Under the pieces are notes generated by a model. The model ran no database searches, was not told the DNA's origin, and saw only the letters and a list, made by a program, of their open reading frames with translations. Positions 12,372-25,990 of a stretch of 64,000 nt of DNA are shown piece after piece. This stretch comes from Octopus bimaculoides (Eukaryota): NCBI RefSeq assembly GCF_001194135.2, contig NC_068983.1, forward strand, positions 19,331,977 through 19,395,976. The letters are read 5' to 3'. Every line of letters begins with the position of its first letter. Position 1 is the stretch's first letter. The translations under genes were made by a program, and so were the position numbers.

Positions 12372-13349
12372 TTTAAGGAATGGAGTAAACGCATGTTATA
12401 ACTGCATACTTTATTCCGACATATGTTTCGAAGAATTACATTTTATGCGATCCATAGGAATCGTCGATGTTAAAAATATAAACTTCTCCTCAGGGAATGT
12501 ATGGGAACCATCTTAAACGTAAGACATTATGACTGAGTATATATATATATATTACACGTGTATAAGGGATGACCACTAGCTGAACATCCAATATGCTAGA
12601 AAGAGGTCACCAACGACCCAACCACAAAGAAAAATAATTTCGCAAAACACTAGAACAGGACAGAATGAGAAATATAAAATAAAGAATTAGCTGTGTACTG
12701 CAGTTTCGAACGTTAACGTTTCATTTACGTAATGACATCTGTATTCGCGTCAGCACACCGCCGTTCTAGAATCAATATAATTTGCAGAACTATACACGAA
12801 TTGTCTTCATGAAATAAAACTTGCACATAGTTCTACCGATTACACTGGGTTTATTTTTCAAAATGTCTCAGCTCTGGCGCACCAAATTCCTGAAACGATT
12901 CTGCAGAGAATAATTCGTAATAGAATATAAGGATAAAAATCACGTTAATAATTTTTATCAGGTAGTTTCTATGCTATAACAATTTATAGGCAATTTATAC
13001 ATTGAATTAATAACGATATACATATGTATATAATATATATATATATTATATATATNNNNNNNNNNNNNNNNNNNNNNNNNNNNNNNNNNNNNNNNNNNNN
13101 NNNNNNNNNNNNNNNNNNNNNNNNNNNNNNNNNNNNNNNNNNNNNNNNNNNNNNNNNNNNNNNNNNNNNNNNNNNNNNNNNNNNNNNNNNNNNNNNNNNN
13201 NNNNNNNNNNNNNNNNNNNNNNNNNNNNNNNNNNNNNNNNNNNNNNNNNNNNNNNNNNNNNNNNNNNNNNNNNNNNNNNNNNNNNNNNNNNNNNNNNNNN
13301 NNNNNNNNNNNNNNNNNNNNNNNNNNNNNNNNNNNNNNNNNNNNNNNNN

Positions 13350-13395
<46 letters not shown>

Positions 13396-13854
13396 GTGTC
13401 ATACACGCAGAGGAAGATAACATAGATTCACACTTATTTACCTATATAACCGACACTTTATTTCCTTGAAGCACTCCAATCGCAGAATATGATAGATCGT
13501 CAACAGGTACATACATAACTTATTTCAATGCGCTTGTTTCATTTTACTGCATGTTGATATACTTACTATAATACTATATACTTGGTTTTTCTTCTATTAT
13601 TTTGTATTTCTAATAGCATGTAATGTATGTTCTTTTTTTTTTCTGCACAACAATCTATGTTCATTTTGCAGATATCACCTCTGGAATATTTTCTTAGACA
13701 AATGATCGTGTTACTGATTTTCAATGATTCTTGTTGATGTAAGATATCGATTTAACGAATATGGCTCAGTACTAAACCTGCCTCACGGACGCATGTTGCA
13801 CCAAATATATTAGCTGCATGTCTATCTTGAGTTGTTGGTAGACATTCTCATATA

Positions 13855-13902
<48 letters not shown>

Positions 13903-14455
13903 CAATACATTAATAAGTTGTTCTATGGAAGAATCTGAAACAAAGTCCATATTAGAATTACAAGGAAGAAAGTCTGCAATTATCCTATATATAATGTGAG
14001 TGTGGGTAAATGTCTTCCTGTCATTAATTTAGTATGGTGTACACAAACAGCTTCACTACACAAGAGACACGAGTTGTGTATTCATTTAATGTTTTTCTAT
14101 GAAAAATATTCATAAGTGTATAACATTTATAGAGAGAGGTGATATTCAGATTATTTATGGTTGTTGGTAAAACTTAAAATGCGGCATAAATTACAAGGTG
14201 ATGCATTTTAATATCTATGTTCTACATACACGTAAATCCGCCGTGTGAGCTTTTGTCTCTATAAGTCTAATTAGGAAAGTGGTACTAAGACTGGCTGGAT
14301 TAGGTTTACAATGATATAATTGTTTAAATCTACTGAAAATATTTTGATTTAACAATATTAGCTATATAACGGATCTACATATATACATATGCGGCTGTGT
14401 GTGTGTGTGTATGTGTGTGTGCATGTGTGTGTGTGTGTGTGTGTGNNNNNNNNNN

Positions 14456-14491
<36 letters not shown>

Positions 14492-14495
<4 letters not shown>

Positions 14496-14556
14496 CCATG
14501 TAAAGTTTGTACCCATGTAAAGTCTGTACCCATGTAAAGTCTGTAACCATGTAAAC
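14492..14556. repeat. 17-bp minisatellite (TGTACCCATGTAAAGTY) x~4
   Basis: Direct reading. Confidence 0.9.
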
Positions 14557-16094
14557 ATGTTTGAAACATCGATTCCTGATCTATTATATTCTGATGAGAC
14601 ATCAGTTAGCGATGTGCCTCCCATTTAAGTTTTAAGCCCAGTTTCTGTTGTCTCAATATCATAACATTATCGTTTTTTAAAATATGTTTCTTACATAGAT
14701 ACATTTGCGAATGTATGATATGGTGGAGACACTGAGTTGGGTTCACAGTTCGTTTAATTCATTTGGCTAAATATCTTCAATAGAGGGATATCCGATTATA
14801 GATATGTTAGCATTGTGCATATTTTATTTCCTCTAATGTTTTCCCATCATCCAGATGACATGACGCAGTAACGGGGATAGTGTTTCATAATAACGCCTTA
14901 TATGGGAAACATTGAGTGATTGCGAAATGATTATTTTCTGTTAGCATAGAAAAACAGTTCATAGAAAAATGTTTAATTGTTCATATTTCTCTCGTTGTAT
15001 TTAGCGAGCTGAGAGGTTTTAACGGAGAAGAATCGCTTTGAGAAGGAATCTCATATAATCTTCAAAGAAAAGAGCATGCAATATAGTTGTGTATTTATTC
15101 GACGAAGATTACAATCTTTCGTTGCGACGCATATACACCCCAAGTGAAACATTAATTGCCTTCACGTTATTAGAATTATAATTCATATCCTACACATTTT
15201 TCGTTTTATCCATTTATTAATTATATTGTTTTGATGTCCAATATATTCACATACAACTCTTCTAATATGTAGTTGCAATTATGACTTCCCTGGAAATGAT
15301 TTTCCTGTTCATAAAATAAAATGACGCAATTCCTTTGGTTAGAATGCCCATATATTTATGTATTCTATGATGAAGGATGCTACAAACACGACTGAGTTTC
15401 ACCACTGGTGAATCAAAGTTGGCTGTTCTGAGTTCTGTCGTTCGTATCGTACACAACATTGATTTTAAATGCTTTCAGACGTACACATGACGCGTACGTT
15501 GCAGCTTCGGTAAGTTAACGATAATCAATATTAGTCATTTATATCATCTCAGCAGAACATTCAACGGTAATTATAATACATACGTGCATACATATGTGCG
15601 TAAATACATATTCACACACGGACATGCGTGCGCATCATCAATGCGTTAAACTTTTTACTATTAGGTTATTTGTCAAACATTGCTGTCTTCCATTATTCTT
15701 TATGACACTTATTTTTATTGCGTGCGCATTTGTACATAGATAGTTAGTCAAATGGATTAACAACAATGCGATTTACGTCGTAAAACACGTCTCACGAGAA
15801 CATGTGTCTGAATATTGAATGAGAGGAATTCCCTTATTAAGCTACTGTTAGAATCAATGGAAAATAACGAGTTACCCGTATGTTTTAGATATAAGTGTTA
15901 TCAAACACCGAAGAATGGAGTAGGAGATATTAAATTCAATACATTCTATATAATTGTTTCAATAATTGACATTTTGTGTGATTTTATGCAATTTCCTTAA
16001 CTGTAAGAAATAATTGTTTAGTTATATACGCTGCATAATAATCCTTCTCAGTGCATAGTGAAATTTTTTCATCAGAACATTCTAAAACAAACAA

Positions 16095-18250
16095 CTTACC
16101 GAACTAGGAAGGGCAAATGATAACTTATCCGGGACAGATGTGTGAGGCCTTTCAGCGGTGCTTCGCTCAACTGTTCGGGAGCAGAGGTGAGCCGCGTCGC
16201 AGGATGGATTTCACGTCCTACCTCTACGGGTTGCGGCGGCTCTCGGCGACTGAGGCGGAGTGCTGCGAAAAGCCGATAACATCGTTTGAAATACAGGTGG
16301 AAATGGCTAGCTGTACGATAGGTAAATCGCCTGGTTTGAATGGTCTACCCTACGAGTTATACGCTTCGATGCCACACTTGTGACCTCTTAGCAAACATTT
16401 ACTTCAACTGGCAACATAATGGAAGCGGAGGCGTTGCTGAGAAAAGACCCGAACAAGGGGAATTGTTTTGACAACTTTACTGAATGCAGAGTTCAAACAT
16501 TTGGTCAAATTGTTAGTTACAAGGTTGGTGCTTGTCGTCGAAGATATGGTAGAAGTTCAGACATGTGCCATCCCGAAATGGTCCATCCACGACAACCCCT
16601 ACCTCAAGCGATACATCGTTAAAAAGTGGCTCGATCGCTGCAATGTACAACAATATTTGTACAGCAGTCAGAGTGAACAGTCACCTCTCAGAGCCGCACA
16701 ACATGATACTCTGTGTCCAGCAAGGTTGTCCCCTCTCGTCTCTCTTGTATGTTCTGATTCTCGAACCACAACTACACAAACTGGAAGCGTTGAGAGGCAC
16801 CCCGCATGACCTAGGACGGGGGAGACGCGGGTCGGCATATGCCGACGACGTCACGGCAGAGGTGTTGGATCATAAATACATGGAAATGATCGGCACCGCA
16901 CTCAGGGACCACGAGGTTGTTTCAGGATCGACGATTAACCAGGAAAACTGAGGTGACATCTGATGAAGCAAGTCTATGCAGTCCAACTGCGTCGTTGGGC
17001 GCTGGACGGACCGGTTAAATTGCTTGGAGTCTGGTTCGGTCCGGTCCTCTAGATGGACAAAACCTAGGACGAGGTTACAGGCGGGGTAACTACTCTCACC
17101 CAGAAATGGTCCGAGAGAAAGTTATCCTTGAAAGGTCGGGCAGTGTTTGCTAACGCGTATATAGCGTCCGTCATCTACTATCGTCTAACCATTGTGCCCT
17201 GTCCTGGTCATCGCCTGATTACGCTGGAGTGTATGCTCTTCTGCATTTTGCGGAAGGGACGCGTCCCGATGGTCAGGAGCTCTCTCTATTGTTAGCACCC
17301 GCTTCGTGATGAACTGGGCAAGCCGTGGTTGATGATGTGCAATCATGCGCTGAGGCTACGACATCTCCAGTGCTTCCTAGACGGTGAACAGGTGTGGTCA
17401 CCGATCCCATGATAACTATTTCCACAGTTAGTTTCCTTAACAGGGCGGCAGTCCTGGGTAAAACAGAGACCGAGGGGGAGCATCTGGAAAGTGGAATGTT
17501 TTCAAGCACTCCCAGCCTTCAGTCAATCGGACAGTGCGATTGGTGGAACGTCCACTATTGCTTTTTATTGAGAATTAGTGGAGGGAAGGTGTGACGACGT
17601 TCTGAGGGAGACCTTTGGCGCCGAAGAAGATCAGTTGGTCACCCTTTTCTGGAGAGCTTTCAGGCCGGGACCAATGGATAATTTCCAAAATATCTCTGGC
17701 CTGGCAGTACTCCCGGGAGCATTGCTTATTCGAGATAAACTTTAGAGGCAACGAAGTGCTGTCATCCGAGCATGTCCGAGATGAGTGCAGGACGATGAGA
17801 CGGTTCAGCATGCAGAACCTAGGTATTGCTGACATGTGGGTTTATGTTGAACACCTACTGTCGCGCATGAAACAGATCCGGCCATCAGCTTAATCCATCG
17901 TGAAGATCGACCCGCTGCCTTCCTTTTGCCGGAAAGGAAAGGCTGTTTTTATATGCCTGGTGAACATTGCGAAAGGGGTTGTGTGGTGGATGAAATTAAA
18001 GGAACTGAAGACAAACACTTTTCTCTTTGACCAATCTCTGATGAACTTCTTCGCGCTTCACTAGAAAAGGAAAACAAGGCTAGAGAGGGAAGTATTGTCT
18101 ACTAGTTAGTTTGCCGAAAAGTGGATGAGAGTGGTGAGAATGTTACGAGTGAATGGAAGGGAAATGAAAAAAGGCACCTTCCCCAAAAGTATGGTTTTGG
18201 GTTTTTTTCCATAATATATCCCCGAACGTTTCTTCCGTTTTGAGGATTAA
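16095..18250 (+). mobile_element. 5'-truncated, degenerate L1/Tx1-type LINE (RT and C-terminal region)
   Basis: GKSPGLNGLPYELY, QGCPLSSLLYVLILEP and AYADDVT across frameshifted ORFs 16117-16951, followed by downstream ORF2-like fragments. Confidence 0.85.
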
Positions 18251-18269
18251 ACACGTATATGGATATATA

Positions 18270-18478
18270 TGTGTGTGCGCATGTGTCCGTGTTTGTCCTC
18301 CCACCATTGCTTCACGAGCGCTATTAGTGCGTTTACATCCCTGTAACTTAGCGGCACGGCAAATGAGACGGATAGAATAAGTACTAGACTTACAAAGAAT
18401 AAGTCCTGGGGTCGATTTGTTCGACTAAAGGCGGTGCTCCAGCATGGCCGCAGGCATATGCGTGAAACGATATAAAGG
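18270..18478 (+). mobile_element. 3' half of family-A SINE
   Basis: ctgtaacttagcgg...gatagaataagtactagacttacaaagaataagtcctggggtcgatttgttcgactaaaggcggtgctccagcatggccgcag. Confidence 0.85.
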
Positions 18479-18614
18479 AATATATATTTGTGTGTGCGTG
18501 TGTATATATGTACACCTGTATATAGAGATATACATATATATGTGTCCCTTATTATATATATAATACATGCATGCATATATATATATATATATATATGTAT
18601 ATACACACACACAC

Positions 18615-18665
<51 letters not shown>

Positions 18666-18775
18666 NNNNNNNNNNNNNNNNNNNNNNNNNNNNNNNNNNN
18701 NNNNNNNNNNNNNNNNNNNNNNNNNNNNNNNNNNNNNNNNNNNNNNNNNNNNNNNNNNNNNNNNNNNNNNATATA

Positions 18776-18813
<38 letters not shown>

Positions 18814-19583
18814 AAGCACTTTATTAATTATTCAATGAATAATGCTTATTAATACGCTGATAATACTTTGCATATGTTAAGTGTAATATATAATTTTTTT
18901 TTCCATTTTTATCTGGTGTGCATAGTGAGAGGTTATTTTAAAGATTCTATACAATAACTGTTCTATGCTTAATGAGATACTAAAATACATAAAGGAAAAT
19001 GTCGCATACTTTCTGGCAAAATATATTGTGTTGCCTTCATCTCATTGTAGACTAAATTAATAAACGCTGTTATCTTGCATATGTATTTCATTGATTTCTT
19101 CCCTTTTTATCATATGTTTTACAAGGTGAAATTTTTCACCTCATGGAATTTATGTGATACTGAGAGCATATGAGTATCCTTTAGTTTATGGGTAGTTATT
19201 GATAGCAAATCACATTAGGTAGATAACGTATAATCTGAATAATTCGCCTACTTTCCTAGAGAATATTAAATCTAAATGTACCAATGTATTAAATTATAAT
19301 ATCAAATACTCATGTATATATTTTCAACAAAAAGGTGGAGAGGGGAGTACCCACACTCCAGTATCAGAATATCACATTACTTCTCAGTGACTATTAAATT
19401 TCCCTCTACAGTTTTTATAAAATCGTCTCTGCAGCATAGGTAGATAATTGTTGCCAATGATGGTCGTATACTTTAGACATGCATTGTATAGGAGTGAAAA
19501 TAAGCGTATGCCATACATGACAGTCAATCACTGAACAAATGAATTAGTTTTGGGACTATCATCTGCTGCTTCATACATATTAT

Positions 19584-19990
19584 TCTTTTACTCTTTTACT
19601 TGTTTCAGTGATTTGACTGCGGCCAAGCTGGAGCACCGTCTTTATTCGAGCAAATCGACACCAGGACTTATTTTTTGTAAGCCTACTACTTATTCTATCG
19701 GTCTGCCGAACCACTAAGTTACGGGGACGTAAACACACCATCATCGGTTTTCAAGCGATGTTGGGGGACAAACACTGACACACAAACATATACACACACA
19801 TAAACATACATATATACAATTATACGACGTATTTCTTTCACTTTCCGTCTGCCAAACACACTCGGAAGGCTTTGGTCGGCCCGAAGCTATAGTAGAAGAC
19901 ACTTGCCCAAGAGACCACGCAGTGGGACAGAACCTGGAACCATGTGGTTGGTAAGCAAGTTAATTACCACACAACCTCTCTTGCGCCTAT
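19584..19990 (-). mobile_element. Full-length family-A CORE-type SINE
   Basis: Minus strand starts ATAGGCGCAAGAGAGGTTGTGTGGTAA, has CORE-like CTTGGGCAAGTGTCTTCTACTATAGC, and ends (AAGTAAAAGAGTAAAAGA). Confidence 0.9.
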
Positions 19991-20089
19991 AAAAAAATAT
20001 GGAACGCTTCACGAATTTGCGGTTCATCCTTGCGCAGGTTCCATGCTAATCTTCTCTGTATCATTCCAATTTTAGAACATGTACTGCCG
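19991..20089 (-). pseudogene. U6: U6 snRNA retrocopy/pseudogene, lacking ~10 nt at the 5' end
   Basis: Reverse complement reads CGGCAGTACATGTTCTAAAATTGGAATGATACAGAGAAGATTAGCATGGAACCTGCGCAAGGATGAACCGCAAATTCGTGAAGCGTTCCATATTTTTTT, about 8 substitutions versus metazoan U6 as I recall it. ACAGAGA box and AGC triad are intact. Confidence 0.95.
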
Positions 20090-21917
20090 TACATTCCGAA
20101 TTATTCGCGGTTAAATTACTGATATTTCGGTTGCTCAGCCAAAATTGTGGGAAAAGCATGCAACTAGAAGTGTGACTTTTCACTACAGAGACTGGAAAGG
20201 TGCTACTCCATTTTATACTAAGGAAGTAACGAATTATAATTCAGACAGAAGGTAAATTGCTTGTAGTACTGAAGTAAAAAAAAAAAAAAAAAATGTCGCC
20301 GAAGCGACACTTACTCAGACGTTCTAGATAAATTACACAGTTTTCCAGTATCGTTCCTTTAGACTAGATGAAAAACATCTGGGCAACAGTCTTTCGTAAA
20401 TGCATTATGTTTGCTTTCATTCTACAGACAATTGCGCACACACATATGTCATAAAACTACTCTTCATATAATTAAATTCTCATGTGATGTATCAATATAG
20501 CAGAACTCACGGGAGTAAAACACATCTAACTTCATCTAACGCTCTGAAAGTCTTCAACATACAATTGTAAATTAGTATGAAATACACGAGTCTATGACTC
20601 GAAGAGATATATGAAATGATCCTGTTTATCTTATTGGTTAAGTCAAAGTGTCGTTCAAAAGAAGCAATGTGTACCTCTTACAAGAGGGTCATTTCATATC
20701 CCTTTTGTAGCGATCTAATTAACACATATTCATTTTTGTAGAGATCTAATTAATTCATATCCACAGTGCAGGCGGAGCATCAGCAAGCACCCAAAATAAT
20801 GCAGTTCTTTACTATATCCGATGTATTAAAAATATTTCTATTTAATGACATCGTAAATTCTGATAGTTTTTATGATAGGATTGCCACATCATAATTATGC
20901 ATTAGCTACTACTCACGAATGCAAAACTATATATTTGGATGGTGGCAGGTGGATAAATCTCCATTTCAGAGAGGAAAATGTTCTACACGTTTATAGCTGG
21001 AAGACACATATCAGGAAGTTACTTAAGAGAATCACATCGAATTATTAGTTTAATAAATAAACGATTCATTTTAAAAGTCTAATGGAGATCCTGAAGTTTA
21101 TTTCAAATTATCGTGTGAGTATTATTAATGTCAATAATCGAGTTTGATGAATGTTTGGTACAACTGGAATTTTCTTAAAAGTGCATTCTGTCGTTCGACC
21201 TAAAATTGTATGTGTTCCCGTATTAATAGTAATGAATTAATAACAAATAAATAAAAACTTATCGTTTCCATTGTATCGGCTAATATCTTGCTTTAGAAAC
21301 ATGTGAGGGGAGAACCTAAGAACAGGACAAATATTTTTTTAATCTATATTCACATAATTTGGCCGTAGCGTTTAAATCATTCGGCAAAGTGAGTGTTTAA
21401 AGCATATCTGAAAATAGAGAACTTTTTTCTAAATTTCTTTCAATATTTTTCTCATGGCACAAGTTTTAAACAAGGTAGAAATGTCACATACATAGGGGAA
21501 AGCAACACACAATTAAGACTTACATCTCCACATATATTATCCAGTAATTCTGGATAATATGTGTGAAATGTTGTTAACATATTGGAATAAAAATATGGAG
21601 TAAACGAGTGCTATTTATTTTGGGTTGTGGTCTTTTATTTATTTCATCGGAAATTTCGTCCTTGGGCTCTGCAGATTTTAAGATATTAAATGCATGCATT
21701 ATGGCTGTTCATTTGTAATGCTGAAAATGAGCTTTCGTTTGCCATTCTATCAGAACGGTACCAATGTAACGAGCAGAGTTTTATATCGTTGATGGATAAA
21801 TGAATTACATTCTCCTGCAGATATTTCACCTTAGAATGTATGTAGTAGAAACTAAATAAAAAATGTTATATAGTCCAGTGAACTACACCATCAGATAAAA
21901 AAAAAAAAAATAAAAAA

Positions 21918-21956
<39 letters not shown>

Positions 21957-21979
21957 GATGATGATGATGAATGAAAATA

Positions 21980-22075
21980 ATTTGAGGATGATCCCTGGCT
22001 TACCATCCGTGCAGGAAGTACCAAAAAATGTCTTAAATGTTACATCACACGTATTGAGAAGAACAGTGTCTCTGA
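21980..22075 (+). mobile_element. R4/Dong-type RLE C-terminal fragment behind (TAA)n/(TGA)n
   Basis: MIPGLPSVQEV..NVL..TSHVLRRTVSL, homologous to the C-termini at 60840 and 63840. Confidence 0.7.
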
Positions 22076-22374
22076 ATTTTCTTTCCTCTTTCCCTTTATT
22101 TTCTTTGTTTCACTTTTTCATATTTTTTGTTTTTCCCTTTCTGTTCTCTGTCTTTTTTTCCCTTTCCTTTATGTTCTATTACATGACTTTGCAAATGATC
22201 GATCTAGTGAGTTTATTTTAATGGTCTACATATGTTTACAGTGAGTTTCTTTGCCCTAGGTGATACTCGGCAAGAAATCGAAAAAAGTCGAAAGAAGATA
22301 GCAATAATAATAAGACGAAAACGAGTAAGAACAACCTCAGCAACAACAACAACAAATATAATAATTCTTTTATT

Positions 22375-23520
22375 GGCCACCAAGGCCGACCCATAGAGGT
22401 CTTACACAAAACGAGTACACAATTAAAGCAATAACAATAATATCAAACAAGACCAATATATCAATCACGGACACTGGATGAATGCGTGGAGAACGGTTTC
22501 ATCGCTCTGCACGGCTCTCGGGCAGGTCCGTCTCACAGGACTTCAGTGCCTGTAGAGTTTTTCTCGAACCAGCAGTGCCCCGGTAGCACTCCAAGCTAGG
22601 GACTGCTGGAAGTTATCCATCATCCCTGGTACGAAAGTCCTCCAGAACAGACTGGTCAGTTCGACTTCGTCGACTCCTAGCGCCTATCCGCGTGCATCAT
22701 CGCTCTTTCCCTTCACTAACCCTCTATAGAACTCGAGAGTGGATGTTCCACTCATCGCATTCTCGGACAGTCAATTTCTGCTTAACAAAATTGCTGATCT
22801 TTTCCCTGTAAGCCTTACGTGCCAGAAACGATATGTTCCGCTGCTAGTACCCGGGTCCTAACCTACCAGTCTTATCTAGGTCGACCGTTCTGATTACAAA
22901 CTTATGGTCTCAATAGGCAACCGTTTTAAGAGTAACATCCTACACTGTTACTATCTATTTTCCTAGTGATAATCCTATCTATATACGATCTAGATGACCT
23001 TAAGTGTTTGGTTCAGGCCCACACTGGCGCATTAGGGAAATATCATCGATACTTGTCAGACAACTGGAACTGGTTGATCGGATATTTGACGCTTTGCATC
23101 CCATCTTCTATAAGATACACCGACACAATCCAAGCCTTGGTCTCAGATTTCGTCCCAGACTCCTACTAACAGTAAAGGGCGGGACGTACCTAGAAAGGCT
23201 TCCAGGCGCCTAAAGAAATCCGGCCATTTGGTTCTGGTAGGGTCGTAGAGGGCCACCAGTCTAAAGACACTACCTTCATTATTGCTCACATCCAGGACCA
23301 ACAAATTCCCATTTGAGTTCCAGAAGATCGAACTTACCTTGAGATCCTGTTTTTTCCTAAACAGCATAGACACTCCACCTCCCATTCCCGGCCGACTAAC
23401 AGTTGCAAAGGTTGTCAAACATGGGGGTCAGTGCGCGTCTATTGGAAAACCTAGTCTCACCGACAGCAATTGCATCCAATTCTAAATATGTGAAGTCATT
23501 GAGTGGGCGCCCTTGCGTCT
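22375..23520 (-). mobile_element. Internally deleted L1/Tx1-type LINE (APE endonuclease, Cys/His remnant, 3' tail)
   Basis: SRPGMGGGVSMLFRK, LVLDV..FRLVALY, HLDRI, DHKFV..LGPGY; then TCPR..SDETVLHAFIQCP; tail ggccAATAAAagaat. Confidence 0.8.
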
Positions 23521-23989
23521 AGGATGAGCCCAGTTCTGGAACTGTTATGGGTTCCAGAAAGTCCTGTTTGAAGTCACCACATCGAAGTACGTCGAAGTTG
23601 ACACCAGGTTTTTCAATAAGAAAAACCAGTGGAATTGTAGATGGAGAAGATTTTGTATTGGTAAATTCTGAATTTAGGTGCGAATTACCACGAATAATGC
23701 CTAACACTAATGCATTTACGACAGAATAACTTATATCTTATATGATTTGCTAATGAATTTCTGTTTGTGTTAATTGGCACTTTGATTAGTTACTTAACAC
23801 ATTTGTATAAGGTAGCGCAGATAATGACAGATATTAATGTTAGAAACCAATAATGTGGCTTCCTATAATAAATTAATATTCTTTCCCAATTATATATCTT
23901 ATATTAGTTAAGCACACACGTCATTTGGAAGTCCTGAGACAATTGATTCTCTCTCTGTTTCTCTCTCTCTGTTTCTCTCTCTCTGTGTT

Positions 23990-24042
<53 letters not shown>

Positions 24043-24057
24043 GTGTGTGTGTATATA

Positions 24058-24151
<94 letters not shown>

Positions 24152-24334
24152 AAAATATAGATAGATAGATAGATAGATAGATACATACATACATATTATA
24201 TATGCAAGTGTATGTGTATGCGTGTTTTTGTGCTTGTATATATAAATCTATATGTATGTATCTATGTAGATATGGATGTATGTATATGTGCATATTTGCA
24301 TATTTTGTTTTATGTATGTTTTCTCATGCATATA

Positions 24335-24770
24335 TCAGGTCATCCCATAAGTTCTGTCCGAATTTTGAATAAAGAAAATAAGTAATCAAATGTTATATTT
24401 AATTGAAATTTAATCATCAATGTACTTTCCCTGATTATCGATGACTTCCTTCCATCTATTTACAAGCTTTTTAATCCCATCAATGTAAAACCCTTTTGGT
24501 TTCAAAGCGAAGAACTCTGAAATTTCAGTTTCGACCTCCTGCCGGCTTGCGAAAGTTATGTCCTCCAAATGATTCTGTAAACTACGAAACAAATGGTAGT
24601 CTGAAGGAGCAAGGGTGCGAGTATGAAATGGATGAGGAATTTTTTTCCCAACCAAGCTCTTCGATCTTCTGTGATGTGATCTTTGCAGTGTGGGGCCGCG
24701 CATCGTCCTGACAAGCTGCATGTAGCGATTACACTCGCTCATACAAGCATCCGCACAAATGTGAGCATAG
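24335..24770 (-). mobile_element. Truncated mariner transposon (3' TIR plus DD34D C-terminal transposase)
   Basis: QDDARPHTA..LGWEKIPHP..LAPSDYHLFRSLQN..GIKKLVNRWKEVIDNQGKYIDD*. TA|TCAGGTCATCCCATAAGTTCTGTCC TIR-like end; the partner TIR was not found. Confidence 0.85.
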
Positions 24771-24959
24771 GCACACGTGAGGGCGGTGTACTCATGATCA
24801 CAAAGCCAATTAGTTATTTACTTAGTGTTTATAAGAATGGGGAGGTTAAAAGTAAACTTAAATCATCCATACCTTAAAATAAATTAAATTGAGTTAACGG
24901 TTACTCAAAATTCATTGTCACTGCATTGTGTGAAAGTATCTTTATATGCGTGTAGGCAA

Positions 24960-25990
24960 CTCGAGAGTTGTTCAGAAATTCTATTATCTTCTCGTTGGTC
25001 TACAGAATAGACAGCGAATCCTTGGAGCAGAGACAGAATCTGCTGGAAATTATATTAAGGTTTTGCATATCTTACTATGGACCAGTAAATACTGTACTTC
25101 GTTTTATCCTCCCTCAGTCGCCATACAAAATCTGCCAAAGATGTTGAATATGTCTTATTGATTGTCTTAAAGCTGGCAACATGGTTACGATAACGATTGT
25201 TAAATGAATCAGCCGTTTGCCCAATGTAAACACAAGGCTCTTTCCTTGTGTGCATGGTAGATTTATACACAAGATTTGTACTTATACAGAGATGCATCAA
25301 AGGACATTTTGATTTATCTCTGCATGAGTATTTATCGTATTTCTTTGTATATCCTGGCGCCATTAACCGGCATTGTCACCGTGCTAGCTGTACCATGAGT
25401 ATTTCTACTACTACAGTTTGGTCGTAGTTGGTGTTTATCAATGCGGTTCACATCTCCTTGGTTGATATTTAGATGCAAATGTTCGTTAGATCCAGTAGGT
25501 GGAATATTGAAGGTTTGTTGCATTTTTCTATTGTTTATGCGATGCACAAGTTGCTCTAAGTTGGCGTAGGATACCTTCACGGTGTGTCGATTAAAAATAG
25601 CATGATATCGATTAGATTTAGAAAAACACTTGTCGAAAGCAGCAAAACATTTTCCAGCGATCTTGGTTGAAATACGCAAACCAACAATAGTGTTGAACCA
25701 GAGGACATCCTGGTTCCTATATCTATTTTTAGGCTTATTTGATCGAGCGTGTTGTACAGGATTGGAACAAACAGTTGAATTATTATGTAGCATGTATTCT
25801 TTATACGAGTGAGTTTTCAATCGTTAACGTGGTGATATACGATGTGCATCGCAGTTGTAGGAATTACCAGTTTTGCTTATGCCATCTTCTTGCATATATT
25901 AAATTTTTTCACGGTACCCAGCTCTAGCTAAAACATCATTATAAGATGCATGAGATTCGAAAGTTTTATTGTTAGCAGATAATGTATAAA
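24960..25990 (-). mobile_element. Degenerate Naiad-type Penelope-like fragment (post-RT region plus GIY-YIG)
   Basis: VLWFN..IFNRHTVKVSY; KCPL..CISTNLVY..VYIGQTADSFNNRYRNH..SLADFVWRLRE..WSIV. Confidence 0.85.

Noticed and set aside
19991-20089. Functional U6 gene
   Set aside because: 5' stem-loop is truncated, there are substitutions in the ISL region, and it is fused to a SINE.
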